Origin: an uncultured Acidobacteriota bacterium
GTDB lineage: Bacteria > Acidobacteriota > Vicinamibacteria > Vicinamibacterales > UBA8438
Reading direction: 5' to 3'
DNA: 64,000 nucleotides
Assembly: GCA_913043225.1 (NCBI GenBank)
Contig: CAJWLU010000001.1
Span: forward strand, 32,001 to 96,000
Shown here piece after piece: positions 9,741 through 19,723 of the stretch; position 1 is the first letter of the stretch; every line of letters starts with the position of its first letter. Both the position numbers and the translations under genes were made by a program. The notes beneath the pieces were generated by a model. It saw nothing but the letters and a program-made list of their open reading frames with translations. It searched no databases and was not told the DNA's origin.

Positions 9741-11804
9741 CTAGGGCAATGCGAACGCCACTAGCTCGGCGATGTTGTCCTCGTCGAGCGCGCTCACCAC
9801 GATGTGCTGCTTCCCGTCTGCCATGTAGGTGATCGGGAAGCCAGTGGTAGGCCCGGCGAGCTGAATCTCGTAGACGACCGCACCGGTCACCTTGTCATAC
9901 GCTCGGAGCAGCGGCGCACCCCGCGCCCCCTCGCCAGAGAACAACAGCTCAGAGGTGACTAGCAACCCCGACCCCTGGGTAGGCGTACCCGTCCGCGGGA
10001 TGTCGACGTCCTGCAGATCGGGATGCTCGCTGATATAACGCGGCGTCTCGCCGTGCGGTACCTGCCAGAGGATCTCGCCCGCCTTCAGGTCGATCGCGGT
10101 AATTCGACCGTAGGGCGGCTTGATCAGCGGTAGATCCCGGACGCGCGGGGCGCCCCGCGCGAACGAGATGTGATAGCGAACGCCTGTATTCTCCGTACCC
10201 TCGGTCAGCGCGAACAACTGGAGTCGCGTGGCGGATGGCACGAAGAGCACGTCGTCCACCGGGTCGACCGCGCCGCCCGGCCAGTTGACGCCACCACCCG
10301 CGCTTGGTAGTGCGAGGGTCCCCTGGTTGCCGCCCTCCTCCACTAGCGACGGCGGTGTATAGAGCGGCCCCAACCGGAAATCCTCAGTAATCTGGAGCGC
10401 TTCGGCCCGGAGTTCGGGCGTGAAGTCGATGAGGTCGTCTTCGAGTACGCCCTGACGATCGAATGCGGGCGGCTTGGTCGGAAAGGGCTGGGTCGGAGCT
10501 GTCCACTCCCCCGGCACGTCGGACTCGGGCACGGGACGCTCATCGATCGGCCAGACCGGCTCGCCGGTCTCGCGGTTAAGCACGTAGGCGAACCCCTGCT
10601 TCGAGAGCTGAACCACTGCCTTCACCGGGGTCCCGTCCACCTCGATATCAACGAGGATCGGCGCGGTCGGAATGTCGTAGTCCCAGAGCTCGTGGTGAGT
10701 GAACTGAAAGTGCCACCGTCGCTCGCCCGTCTCGGCGTCAAGCGCGATCAGCGAGTTCGCGAATAGGTTGTCACCTGGACGATACCCGCCGAAGTAGTCG
10801 TTGGTGGCGGTCTCGGTGGGTACGTAGAACAACCCAAGCTCCTCATCGACCGTGACCGGCGCCCAGTGCCCCACGTTGCCGGTGTATTTCCAGGACGCTT
10901 CGAGAAGTTCCGGGGACTCCTCGACCCATGGGTGAGTGCCCGTCCCCACCTCCCAGAGCAATTCGTCGGCCTTCAACCAGGTCTCGACCCCAAACTCCCC
11001 TTCCTTTGGTACGGTATTGAAACGCCAGAGCGTCTCTCCGGTGCGCACATCGTAGGCCACCACGTCGCCCGGCATGTTCATCGGCCACACCTCGTTGGGT
11101 GAGGCACGGGTCGGTACGCTTCCCGTATGCAGTGAGATAGAGGCCACCAGCGTGTTCCCCAGGATGGCCGCGGGTGAGGTGTTGGCCACCCGGCCCGCCC
11201 GTAGAGCGGCCGGCCGCTCGTCCCAGCGCAGGTCGTCCATCATATCGATGACCCCGCCGTCACCGAACGAGCCGACCCGCTCTCCGGTGTGCGCATTTAG
11301 GGCCACCAGCTGGTAGCTCGGCGTCACCACATAGATGCGATCGTCTCCGGCACCGTCGGTCCAGTAGCTGACCCCCCGGCCGGCGCTCCGAGCCACCGGT
11401 TCGATAATGTCGCCCCATCGCTGCTCGTTGTCGCCCGGCTGCCATCCCCAGATAGACTCACCGGTCGCCGAGTCAAGCGCGATGACGTTCCGCTGGTTGC
11501 CGATAGTCGTGTACAGGACGCCATCGATCACCAACGGACTGATCTGCGTCCGCCCGGACGGTGGCGGTGTGCCCTGGTCACGGGCACTCCAGCGCCAGAC
11601 CACTTCCAGCTCGTCCACGTTGCCGGCGTCGATCTGGTCCAGCGGCGAGTAGCGCGTCGCGCCGGCGTCGGCGCCGAACACGCCCCATGCGCCGTCGGCG
11701 GCACCCGTCTGGGCGGCCACTGGGCCTCCCGCCAGAGCGGCCGCTATCACGACCGCCGTGGTCACCACGGTTGCCGGGTGATACACAGAGAGCACCGTAC
11801 GCAT
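9741..11804 (-). CDS. Quinoprotein glucose dehydrogenase-like PQQ enzyme
   Basis: YSPLDQI, GGYRPGDNLF, HHELWDYD, QPFPTKP and GGVNWPG motifs; start at ATG 11804 after AGGAGGAG. Confidence 0.9.
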   Translation of the reverse strand: MRTVLSVYHPATVVTTAVVIAAALAGGPVAAQTGAADGAWGVFGADAGATRYSPLDQIDAGNVDELEVVWRWSARDQGTPPPSGRTQISPLVIDGVLYTTIGNQRNVIALDSATGESIWGWQPGDNEQRWGDIIEPVARSAGRGVSYWTDGAGDDRIYVVTPSYQLVALNAHTGERVGSFGDGGVIDMMDDLRWDERPAALRAGRVANTSPAAILGNTLVASISLHTGSVPTRASPNEVWPMNMPGDVVAYDVRTGETLWRFNTVPKEGEFGVETWLKADELLWEVGTGTHPWVEESPELLEASWKYTGNVGHWAPVTVDEELGLFYVPTETATNDYFGGYRPGDNLFANSLIALDAETGERRWHFQFTHHELWDYDIPTAPILVDIEVDGTPVKAVVQLSKQGFAYVLNRETGEPVWPIDERPVPESDVPGEWTAPTQPFPTKPPAFDRQGVLEDDLIDFTPELRAEALQITEDFRLGPLYTPPSLVEEGGNQGTLALPSAGGGVNWPGGAVDPVDDVLFVPSATRLQLFALTEGTENTGVRYHISFARGAPRVRDLPLIKPPYGRITAIDLKAGEILWQVPHGETPRYISEHPDLQDVDIPRTGTPTQGSGLLVTSELLFSGEGARGAPLLRAYDKVTGAVVYEIQLAGPTTGFPITYMADGKQHIVVSALDEDNIAELVAFALP

Positions 11805-11897
11805 GGCGTGTCTCCTCCTCCTTACGTGGGACTTCGTCCCAAACGACCAGCACCAACAGGCTATTACTGACTTGGCAGCGGATGCTCGGCACCTCAT

Positions 11898-13007
11898 CTA
11901 GTCGAAGGCTTCAATCAACTCGTAAGCCAGACCGTTCGGGTCCTCAACCAACAGGGCCCGCGTCTCGCCAAACGGATACGGTCCTTCGAGGATCGGCACG
12001 CCGGTGGCTTCGAGGTGCGCGATCACGGTATCGAGGTCAGGATAGGTCAAACCAACATGGTCAACGACCTGCCCGCGTGACGGCGCAAGCGGCCGATCGT
12101 TGCCATCACCGCAACGCCCGTCGCGACACTGACGCGGATACCAGAGCCAGCTCGCATTCGCGACGCGTGCGTTTCCGGCTGGAATCCTCAGCTGGCCCAC
12201 CTCCATGTAGGTCGGATAGGTCACCTCGCCGGTCTGCACCTCGCAGGGGTCCCAGCCGTCTCGCCCGAAGTTGAACTCAGTGCTGAAGCTGTTCTGGTTC
12301 TCGGGGAAGGTAGCACCCAGGTGCTCAACATGCCAGTTGGCGCTGCAGAGCGGGTCCTCCCCCCAGAAGTGGGTATGGCTCCGGAAGTTGTCGGTCCGGC
12401 CAGCCGTGAACTCGACCAGCATCCCGTCCGGATCGACCAGATAGCCGAAATCGAGACCAGAAGTGGCCGGTGGCGGCAGATCTTCGGCGATCCGTTCATC
12501 GATCTGGCTCAACGGGAGGAGCGCTTCGCCCAGAGGCAAACCGAGTGAGTGAAGCGAGGTGTTGTCACCGCCAGGGCCGCCGTAGAGCGTGACCAGCTCG
12601 AAGGCCGCGGAGTCGAGGGCCGCGAACCGGGCCCGCGGCTGCTCGGTGTTGGCTCCGGCGAAGGTCGATCCGAAGGTCCAGAAGCCGCTCTGTGGCTCGC
12701 TGCGCTGCAACTCCCGATCGAAGCCACCCGGTGCCTGCTCGGCGACCTGGGTGTACAGCAGGTAGATGTCGTCGTAGAACGCCGGGAAGCCCGCATGGGT
12801 CGTCACGCTGCCCTGCGGCCAGTAGGTGCCGTACCACTCGAGCGACCGCTCCGGATCCACCGAGTTGATGTGGATATGGTGGAACGTGGGCGACGGAATG
12901 GCCGGCGATCGCGCCGTCGCCTCCTCGGCCGGTTCAGTAGGAACGCATGCCGCTCCAAGAGCGGCCAGCATCGAGACCAACCCCGTCAACACGCCGTGTC
13001 TTCGCAT
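11898..13007 (-). CDS. VOC (glyoxalase-like) family lipoprotein
   Basis: LGAAC lipobox; FHHIHIN, DPDGMLVEF, DHVGL and EDPNGLAYELIE VOC repeats; GGGAGG SD. Confidence 0.8.
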   Translation of the reverse strand: MRRHGVLTGLVSMLAALGAACVPTEPAEEATARSPAIPSPTFHHIHINSVDPERSLEWYGTYWPQGSVTTHAGFPAFYDDIYLLYTQVAEQAPGGFDRELQRSEPQSGFWTFGSTFAGANTEQPRARFAALDSAAFELVTLYGGPGGDNTSLHSLGLPLGEALLPLSQIDERIAEDLPPPATSGLDFGYLVDPDGMLVEFTAGRTDNFRSHTHFWGEDPLCSANWHVEHLGATFPENQNSFSTEFNFGRDGWDPCEVQTGEVTYPTYMEVGQLRIPAGNARVANASWLWYPRQCRDGRCGDGNDRPLAPSRGQVVDHVGLTYPDLDTVIAHLEATGVPILEGPYPFGETRALLVEDPNGLAYELIEAFD

Positions 13008-13082
13008 CGCCGTTGACCTCCCTATGCGCGGTACTCGGATCAGACCACCTCTGACGGAGGTAGGCAAGCGAGACAATGACGA

Positions 13083-16000
13083 CTAGGCAGACGCTGTTTC
13101 GGCCTGGGCCTGGTCCGGCGCGTTCGGGCGCCCAACGAGCACCGCGCGAACGTCTTCGATGATGACGTAAGCCGCGGGCACCAACACCAGCGAAATCACG
13201 GTGGCGAAGACGACTCCGAAGGCCAGGGAGATGGCCATAGGGACGAGACTCTGTGTCTCGAGGTCGCGCGAGATAAGCACCGGCACCAGCCCGCCGAAGG
13301 TGGTCAGCGACGTTAGTAGGATGGGACGGAAACGGGCAATGCCAGCTTCGCAGGCCGCTTCGACGACATCGCCGTGCACCCGGCGCTTCCGGTTGATGAA
13401 GTCGATCATGAGCAGACTGTCGTTGACCACCACACCCGCCAGCGCCACCAAGCCGAAAAGTGACACCAGGGTGAGCTCGGCGCCCATAACAACGTGACCC
13501 CAGTAAGCGCCCACCAGCCCGAACGGAATGGCCGCCATGATGATGAGCGGCTGCACGTACGACTTCAGCGGAATGGCGAGCAAGGTATAGATCAGCAGCA
13601 ACGCCAGTCCAAAGCCCTGGGTCAGCCCGCTCAGGCTGTCCTGCTGCTCACCGAGCATGCCAGCCAAACGATAGGTTACGCCGGGATGCGACTGAAGGAT
13701 CTCGGGCAAGATCGTCGCTTCGAGATCGCCGACCACTTCATTCGCCGAGGCACCCACACCAACCGCGGCCCGGACGTTGATCACTCGCTGACGATCCACC
13801 CGTTGAATCGTCGAGAACCCCCGCCCTTCTTCGACGTCGGCCACCGAGCGGAACGGCACCTCGTCGCCGGCCGGCGTCCGGATCCACATCCGATCAAGGT
13901 TGTCGACCGACCGCCGATGCTCAGGCGGATAGCGAAGCATAACGCGCACATCGTGCCGCCCGCGCTGGATCCGCTGGACTTCTTCACCGTAGAAGGCCTG
14001 GCGCACCTGCCGGCCGAGGTCGCGTTGCGACAGTCCGAGGTGAATCGCCTCCGGCTTGATCCCGAGTCGGAGCTCCTGCTTACCGGCCCTGGCGGTATCG
14101 GTCACGTCTCGCAACCCAGGATAGCGGATCAAATACTCGCGCAGAGCCGCGGTGGCCGACTCGAGCTCATCGAGGTCGAGACCGGTCAGCTGGATGTCCA
14201 CATCCTGGCCCGCGCTGAACTGCGACCCGGCAAAGGTCAGCTCCTCGACGCCCGGTAGTGGTCCCATCGCCGCCCGCCACAACTCGGCGATGTCATCGCC
14301 ATCGAGGGTCCGGTCCGCCTCTGGGTCGATCTCGATGGTCACCTCCCCAATATTGCTCCCACCGAGAATCAAACTGCCGTTGAGCATGGCGTCGCCCTGC
14401 GCTGTGCCGAACGGCTGCTCCCCCACCGCCGAATAGACGTAGCTCACTAGCGGCTGGCCTTGAGCATCCCGCAGCTCGGAGGCGAGCTGATACGCGCCCG
14501 CCTCGACCGCCGCGACTGCCTCTCTGGTCAGCTGCACCGGCGCGCCGGGCGCAAGCGTGATGTCGGCGGTAACGTAGTCGCTCGGCGGCTCCTGGAAGAA
14601 GTTGAACGGCACCCTGCCGCTGGACAGCATGCCGACGGTGACCACCAGCAAGCCGGTGCCAGAAGCCACGGTCAGGTAGCGCCAGCTGACCGCCACCTCG
14701 ACGGAGGGCGCATAGACCTTCTTGATGAACCAGCTGAGAAGGCGAGCCAGTCCGTAGGCCTGGCCCGGGCGGCTCGCCCCCCGCCCGCGCCTGAACGAGA
14801 GATGCGCCGGCAGGATCAGGAGCGACTCGACCAACGAGAAGATGAGGCAGCAGGTCACAACCATCGGCACCGCCTCGAAGAACTTCCCCATCATGCCTTC
14901 CACCAGCATGATCGGCATGAAGGCGGCGATCGTGGTCAGCACACCGAATGTGACCGGCACTAGGACTTCCTGCGCCCCCTCAATGGCACCGCGTAAACCG
15001 TCGCCGTGCCGCTCTTGATGCGTGAAGATGTTCTCGCCCACGATGATGGCGTCGTCCACGACGATGCCCAGTACCACCATGAAGCCGAACAGCGTCATCA
15101 TATTCAGTGACAGGTCCAGCCCGGGCATCAGCATCAGGGCGCCGAGGAACGAGATCGGGATCCCGAGCCCCACCCAGAAGGCCAGCCGGATACGCAGAAA
15201 CAGCGCCAAGCAGACGAAGACGAGGAAAGCACCGGTGAGGCCGTTGCGAACCATCCGGCCAAGCTGCCGCTCCAGCTGCTGCGCCTGATCCTGCCAAACG
15301 GTCAGCGCCAGCCCAGGCGGCAGCGTCCTGGTTGGCGCTTCGACGTAGTCGACCACGGCGTTGGCGACCGTCGGCGCGTCAATCTGCCGCGAACGGAACA
15401 CGCGCAGCACGATCGTAGGCACGCCGTTGAACCAAGCGGTCTGGTCCGTTTCAGCGAAGCCATCCACCACGGTCGCCACATCACCCAGCCGGATGTAGGT
15501 CCCATCGGCTCGCGTGATCAGCGCCAGGTCTTCGAACGACGTGCCCCGGTAGGCCTGACCCACCGTGCGCAGCAGGATCTCGCCGCCCTCGGCCCGCACC
15601 GCTCCGCCCGGCAGGTCGAGCGATGCGCCACGCACCGCGTCGGCCACCCGATCGAAGGTCAATCCGTATCGACGGAGGGCGGTCTCCGATACCTCAATCG
15701 AGATCTCATAGGGCTTGGCCCCCTGGAGCTCCACCTCGCTCACCCCGGATATGGCCGAGAGGTCGTCGCGTACCCTGTCTGCCCACTGGTGAAGTGTGGC
15801 GTTGTCCACATCGCCCCACATGGCGACGTGGATCACCTGAAACCGCGTGACTAGTTCCTGGATGACCGGCTTCTCGACCTCGACGGGAAAGGTGTCGATA
15901 GCGTCGACACTACTCTTAATATCGTCGACCGCCTTTCGAAGGTCGGCCCCATACTCGAGCTCGACCAGCAGTGTGGCCTGGCCTTCGGCGGCCGTCGCTG

Positions 16001-16244
16001 TGATCTCCCGTACTCCGTCGATGCCCTGCACCGCCTCCTCGAGCCGCACGCTCACGGCATCCTCGACCTCGGCCGGGCTCGCACCGAGGTACGGGATGTT
16101 GATGGCCACCATGTCCAGGTTCATCTCCGGAAAGACTTCCTGGTCGATCGTCGTCGCAGCGAGCAGGCCACTCGATACGATGAACACCATCGTGAGATTG
16201 GCGGCGACCGGGTTGCGTGCGAACCACGCGACAGCAGAATGCAT
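13083..16244 (-). CDS. RND efflux transporter permease (AcrB/AcrD/AcrF family)
   Basis: 1053 aa; GIVVDDAIIVGEN, GVVVNDS and RFRPILLTSLTT motifs. Confidence 0.93.
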   Translation of the reverse strand: MHSAVAWFARNPVAANLTMVFIVSSGLLAATTIDQEVFPEMNLDMVAINIPYLGASPAEVEDAVSVRLEEAVQGIDGVREITATAAEGQATLLVELEYGADLRKAVDDIKSSVDAIDTFPVEVEKPVIQELVTRFQVIHVAMWGDVDNATLHQWADRVRDDLSAISGVSEVELQGAKPYEISIEVSETALRRYGLTFDRVADAVRGASLDLPGGAVRAEGGEILLRTVGQAYRGTSFEDLALITRADGTYIRLGDVATVVDGFAETDQTAWFNGVPTIVLRVFRSRQIDAPTVANAVVDYVEAPTRTLPPGLALTVWQDQAQQLERQLGRMVRNGLTGAFLVFVCLALFLRIRLAFWVGLGIPISFLGALMLMPGLDLSLNMMTLFGFMVVLGIVVDDAIIVGENIFTHQERHGDGLRGAIEGAQEVLVPVTFGVLTTIAAFMPIMLVEGMMGKFFEAVPMVVTCCLIFSLVESLLILPAHLSFRRGRGASRPGQAYGLARLLSWFIKKVYAPSVEVAVSWRYLTVASGTGLLVVTVGMLSSGRVPFNFFQEPPSDYVTADITLAPGAPVQLTREAVAAVEAGAYQLASELRDAQGQPLVSYVYSAVGEQPFGTAQGDAMLNGSLILGGSNIGEVTIEIDPEADRTLDGDDIAELWRAAMGPLPGVEELTFAGSQFSAGQDVDIQLTGLDLDELESATAALREYLIRYPGLRDVTDTARAGKQELRLGIKPEAIHLGLSQRDLGRQVRQAFYGEEVQRIQRGRHDVRVMLRYPPEHRRSVDNLDRMWIRTPAGDEVPFRSVADVEEGRGFSTIQRVDRQRVINVRAAVGVGASANEVVGDLEATILPEILQSHPGVTYRLAGMLGEQQDSLSGLTQGFGLALLLIYTLLAIPLKSYVQPLIIMAAIPFGLVGAYWGHVVMGAELTLVSLFGLVALAGVVVNDSLLMIDFINRKRRVHGDVVEAACEAGIARFRPILLTSLTTFGGLVPVLISRDLETQSLVPMAISLAFGVVFATVISLVLVPAAYVIIEDVRAVLVGRPNAPDQAQAETASA

Positions 16245-16467
16245 GGGAACGAGCGGGTGGAGGCTGGGTTCCCGAAGGGAAATACCGATACCCAGATTAC
16301 GACCGTAACGTACCTGGGCACGAATTGCCCACTCGCCGGTGCGCCCCCGTGGCAGCGCGTTCGGCAGAGCAAGAACCGTGCAAGGATTGACGACCCTGAC
16401 GGTTGCGACGCTCGTGATCGGCGAGCTGGTGGCGGCTCCACTCGCGGTGGGCCGTCGGGCCGCTATG

Positions 16468-18015
16468 CTATGGCGTCACGCAGGCGAAACTGGCCGCGTC
16501 GTTCGTATCGCCCGAGCCGTCATACTCAGCCACCTGGGGATACGGACAGAGCGGCCGGGTCATGGTCGTCTCACCGCCGGCGTCGATCTTGGACGCTCGC
16601 AGACGTTCCGGCGCCCGATCCTCCTCCACCCAGACCCGGATCGCCTCGACCCAGTCGACGCGGTCGGGTCCAGGGCCGCCCGCGCAGTGCAACACACCCG
16701 GGAGCATGTACAGACGTGAGTAGTCCGTCGCGGATGCATCCTCGGACTGCAGCTGCTCGAAATAGTCGATGGTCCCCAGCGGCGACAGCGCAAGGTCGGA
16801 CCAGCCGGTCCAGTAGATGATTTTGCCGCCGCCGTCACGGAACACGCTCAGGTCGGTGCTCGTAGCGTTGAGCATCGCGGCCGTTGGTGCGGTGTCCTCC
16901 GCCCAGGTCGAGAAGTCGTACTGGGTATAGTCCCACTCGGGGTCATTGAAGACGAAGTATTTGAACAGCTCAGTACCGAAGCCGTACTGGGCGTTCGGGA
17001 TGCCGCTGGCCCGGCGCGCTTCACTCGCTACCACCCAGGAATCCCAGCCGCCGCGGTTATGCTCGCCGCCGTAGTTGAAGCCGGGATAGATCGACTGCCC
17101 CTTCGACGTCGGTCCGTCATACACCCGCTCGATCGCGGCGAGCTGGGCCTCGGTCACACATCCCTCGGCGGCCACGTCCCCGACGCAGTGCGGTAGGTCG
17201 GCGGGCGTGAAGCCGCAGGTGCGTGGGTCGGTCATCGAACCGTCGACGACTCCGTCGTCACCATCACACGCTTTAAGGATGCTCATCCCTAACAGTTCGA
17301 GGGTGTCTGGGGTGAGTACCGGCTCATCAACGTCGCCGGACGGATAGATCGCCTGTTGGTTCTGCACGAACCCGGCCGTGAAGCCGGTCCAGTGGTAAGC
17401 CGGGGCCGCTGCCACGATGCCATCGAAGTCATCGGGATAGCGCTGCGACTCCATCATCGCCTGACCGCCGCCTCGGCTGCAGCCAACGAAATAGGAGTAG
17501 TCAGGCCCCTGATCGTAGTAGTGCTGGATGATGGACTTGCTGGCTTCGGAGGTCAGATGCACCGCACGGTGCCCAAAGTTCCCCTGCCGTTCGGGATGAT
17601 TCAGCGCCCAGGAAGCCTGAATGCCGTTGCCCTTGTGCCCCGTGTCCGTACCCACCGTAGCGTAGCCGCGCTCAAGCGGACCACCACCGTGAGCGTAGAG
17701 GCCACGTGCCTGGTTCTGAACACTGCCCACGAAGCCGCCACCACCGCCCATCAGGAACCGTCCGTTCCAGGCATTGGGCTCGGGTAACAGCAGCTCGAAC
17801 TTGATCTCGGTCTCGATCACGCCAGCGACACGGCAGTGCGTAGGGATGGTATCGGTCGCGGCCACGATCTCGGCTTCGCCGATGCGCATGGCAATCAATT
17901 CGAGCGTCGCCAGGCCGGCGCACCCATCCACGGTGGTCGGCGTCGCACAGGCCGCGGCAACCGCCAGCCCGACCCCCAGGCTCAATCTCAGCAACGTTCT
18001 CCGAATCGACGACAC
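16468..18015 (-). CDS. Tannase/feruloyl esterase family alpha/beta hydrolase, lipoprotein
   Basis: WNGRFLMGGGGG, TDTGH, GCSRGG nucleophile motif, RYPDDFDG, PGVLHCAGG, RPLCPYP; GTG start after GAGGAG; AAAC lipobox. Confidence 0.92.
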   Translation of the reverse strand: MSSIRRTLLRLSLGVGLAVAAACATPTTVDGCAGLATLELIAMRIGEAEIVAATDTIPTHCRVAGVIETEIKFELLLPEPNAWNGRFLMGGGGGFVGSVQNQARGLYAHGGGPLERGYATVGTDTGHKGNGIQASWALNHPERQGNFGHRAVHLTSEASKSIIQHYYDQGPDYSYFVGCSRGGGQAMMESQRYPDDFDGIVAAAPAYHWTGFTAGFVQNQQAIYPSGDVDEPVLTPDTLELLGMSILKACDGDDGVVDGSMTDPRTCGFTPADLPHCVGDVAAEGCVTEAQLAAIERVYDGPTSKGQSIYPGFNYGGEHNRGGWDSWVVASEARRASGIPNAQYGFGTELFKYFVFNDPEWDYTQYDFSTWAEDTAPTAAMLNATSTDLSVFRDGGGKIIYWTGWSDLALSPLGTIDYFEQLQSEDASATDYSRLYMLPGVLHCAGGPGPDRVDWVEAIRVWVEEDRAPERLRASKIDAGGETTMTRPLCPYPQVAEYDGSGDTNDAASFACVTP

Positions 18016-18070
18016 CGGTCTCTCCTCTTTCGGCGTTAATGTGGCCAACGCAGCTCGCGAGTGGTTGGAG

Positions 18071-19711
18071 TTACCGCAGTTCGCGCGGCAACGACTCGCC
18101 TTCGAGCAACAGATACAGGTGCGCTTCGAGCTGCTGCATTCCCGCTTCGCCATCGAACGAGAGCCGGCCGTCCCTGTCTTCGTCGAAGCCCTCGGCAATC
18201 TGGTAGGTCAGCGCCTGGAGCCTCCCCACCAGGGGAGCCGCCCGGCGAATCGACACGGCGTCCCGAAGCTGGGAAGCGATGTCGACCGCCTCTCGAGCGT
18301 GGGTCAGCATGCCATCCGCGATCTGGGTTACGTGGCCGGTATGGGTCTCCAGATTGTCCGAAGCCCCAGACTCGGCAGCCGCTCGCTCCAAGTGCTCGAC
18401 CAGAGCCTCGACCGCCGGAATCACGCCGAACCCAAGACCGGGCCCCGAGGCGCCGTCGGCCGGATCAAGCAAATGCAACACGTGCGCGCCGTGGCGTCGC
18501 ATGGCAGCGAAGTCGCTCAGGTCGCCGGCGGCAAAGTTCGCGTGGAGCACGGCGGCCCCCACCTCTGCCGATGCGGTCGCAGCGAGTCCCATCCCGTCAG
18601 GGGCACCAGGGAAGACATACGCCACGTGGCCGAGGTGGAGGGACCCGCCACCCGGAAGCGCACTCGCGGTACCGTTCGGCTCGTGGCGCTCAAGCATGCG
18701 GCGCCGGACCACGGCGCCATAGACGTTACCGGCCAAATCAACCCCGACGCCTTCGGCTCCACTGTGCTCGATGGCGTATGGCTCCAGATCCTCGATTAAA
18801 TACTCGACCGAGCCGTCCTGGGCACTGCCCACTCTGATGCCCTTCTTCCAACCGGGATTGTCGGTGCCAAAGGACTCGGAGTCGGCAACATAGATCCGGT
18901 CGTCGGCGCCGATCGCGATTCCGCTTGGCCGACCAAATTGATACCAGACGTCGAGGAAGGTGCCCTGCTGGTCGAAGATCTGGATCCGGTTGTTCCCCCG
19001 GTCGCCGACGAACAGCCGTCCCTGGGAATCGAGCGCGATGGTGTGGGGAACGTTGAACTCGCCCGGCGCTGACCCTGTTTGGCCCCACGACATCAGGAAA
19101 CTGCCATCGGCCGCGTACTTCGTCACCCGGTTCGCTCCGGCGACGAAGCTGTGCCCCTCAGTGATGAAGACCTCACCCGTCGCAGCCACCACCACGTCGG
19201 TCGGTTCATTCAGCCGCGGCGGGTCGCCCGCCGTGCCCCGATCGCCGATAGTCAGCAGCAAGTTCCCGTCGGCATCGAACTTAACCACCCGGTGTCCCCG
19301 CTGATCGGCCACCCAAACGTTGCCCTCGTCGTCGAGGTCGAGTCCATGCGGAAAGTCGAACATGCCGGACCCCCAGCTGAGGAGGAGCTGGCCATCGGGA
19401 TCGAGCTTGAGAAGCGCCGACTCGCTGCGCCCGGTACAAGAATTCTGCAGACAGCGGCTCAGCAGATAGATGTTGCCGTCCGGCCCCTCATCGGCCCCGA
19501 TGAACGAAGCGCGCGCGTCGTAGGCGCCGGGCTCGTACGGATTCGGAAGCTCGCCCCACGGGTGCACTCGTACGTAGGGATTCGGGAGGTCGTTGGTTGG
19601 CGCGACCCGCGTCTGGTCCTGGTGCTGCGCTTCAGCAAGTCCCGCGATTGTGAGCCACAACACCACCGCCAGCAAACCGACCACCCGCACGGCGGGCTTC
19701 CCATTCAGCAT
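18071..19711 (-). CDS. NHL-repeat, peptidyl-alpha-hydroxyglycine alpha-amidating lyase-like protein with an extra C-terminal His-rich domain
   Basis: Signal peptide; FPHGLDLD..GNVWVAD, NEPTDV, FNVPHTIALD..GRLFVGDRGNNRIQIFD repeats. Confidence 0.82.
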   Translation of the reverse strand: MLNGKPAVRVVGLLAVVLWLTIAGLAEAQHQDQTRVAPTNDLPNPYVRVHPWGELPNPYEPGAYDARASFIGADEGPDGNIYLLSRCLQNSCTGRSESALLKLDPDGQLLLSWGSGMFDFPHGLDLDDEGNVWVADQRGHRVVKFDADGNLLLTIGDRGTAGDPPRLNEPTDVVVAATGEVFITEGHSFVAGANRVTKYAADGSFLMSWGQTGSAPGEFNVPHTIALDSQGRLFVGDRGNNRIQIFDQQGTFLDVWYQFGRPSGIAIGADDRIYVADSESFGTDNPGWKKGIRVGSAQDGSVEYLIEDLEPYAIEHSGAEGVGVDLAGNVYGAVVRRRMLERHEPNGTASALPGGGSLHLGHVAYVFPGAPDGMGLAATASAEVGAAVLHANFAAGDLSDFAAMRRHGAHVLHLLDPADGASGPGLGFGVIPAVEALVEHLERAAAESGASDNLETHTGHVTQIADGMLTHAREAVDIASQLRDAVSIRRAAPLVGRLQALTYQIAEGFDEDRDGRLSFDGEAGMQQLEAHLYLLLEGESLPRELR

Positions 19712-19723
19712 CCGCACTCTCCT

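Noticed and set aside
16365..16385. sigma54-like TTGCAC-N5-TTGCT upstream of the RND gene (minus strand)
   Set aside because: Lacks the near-invariant GG at -24.
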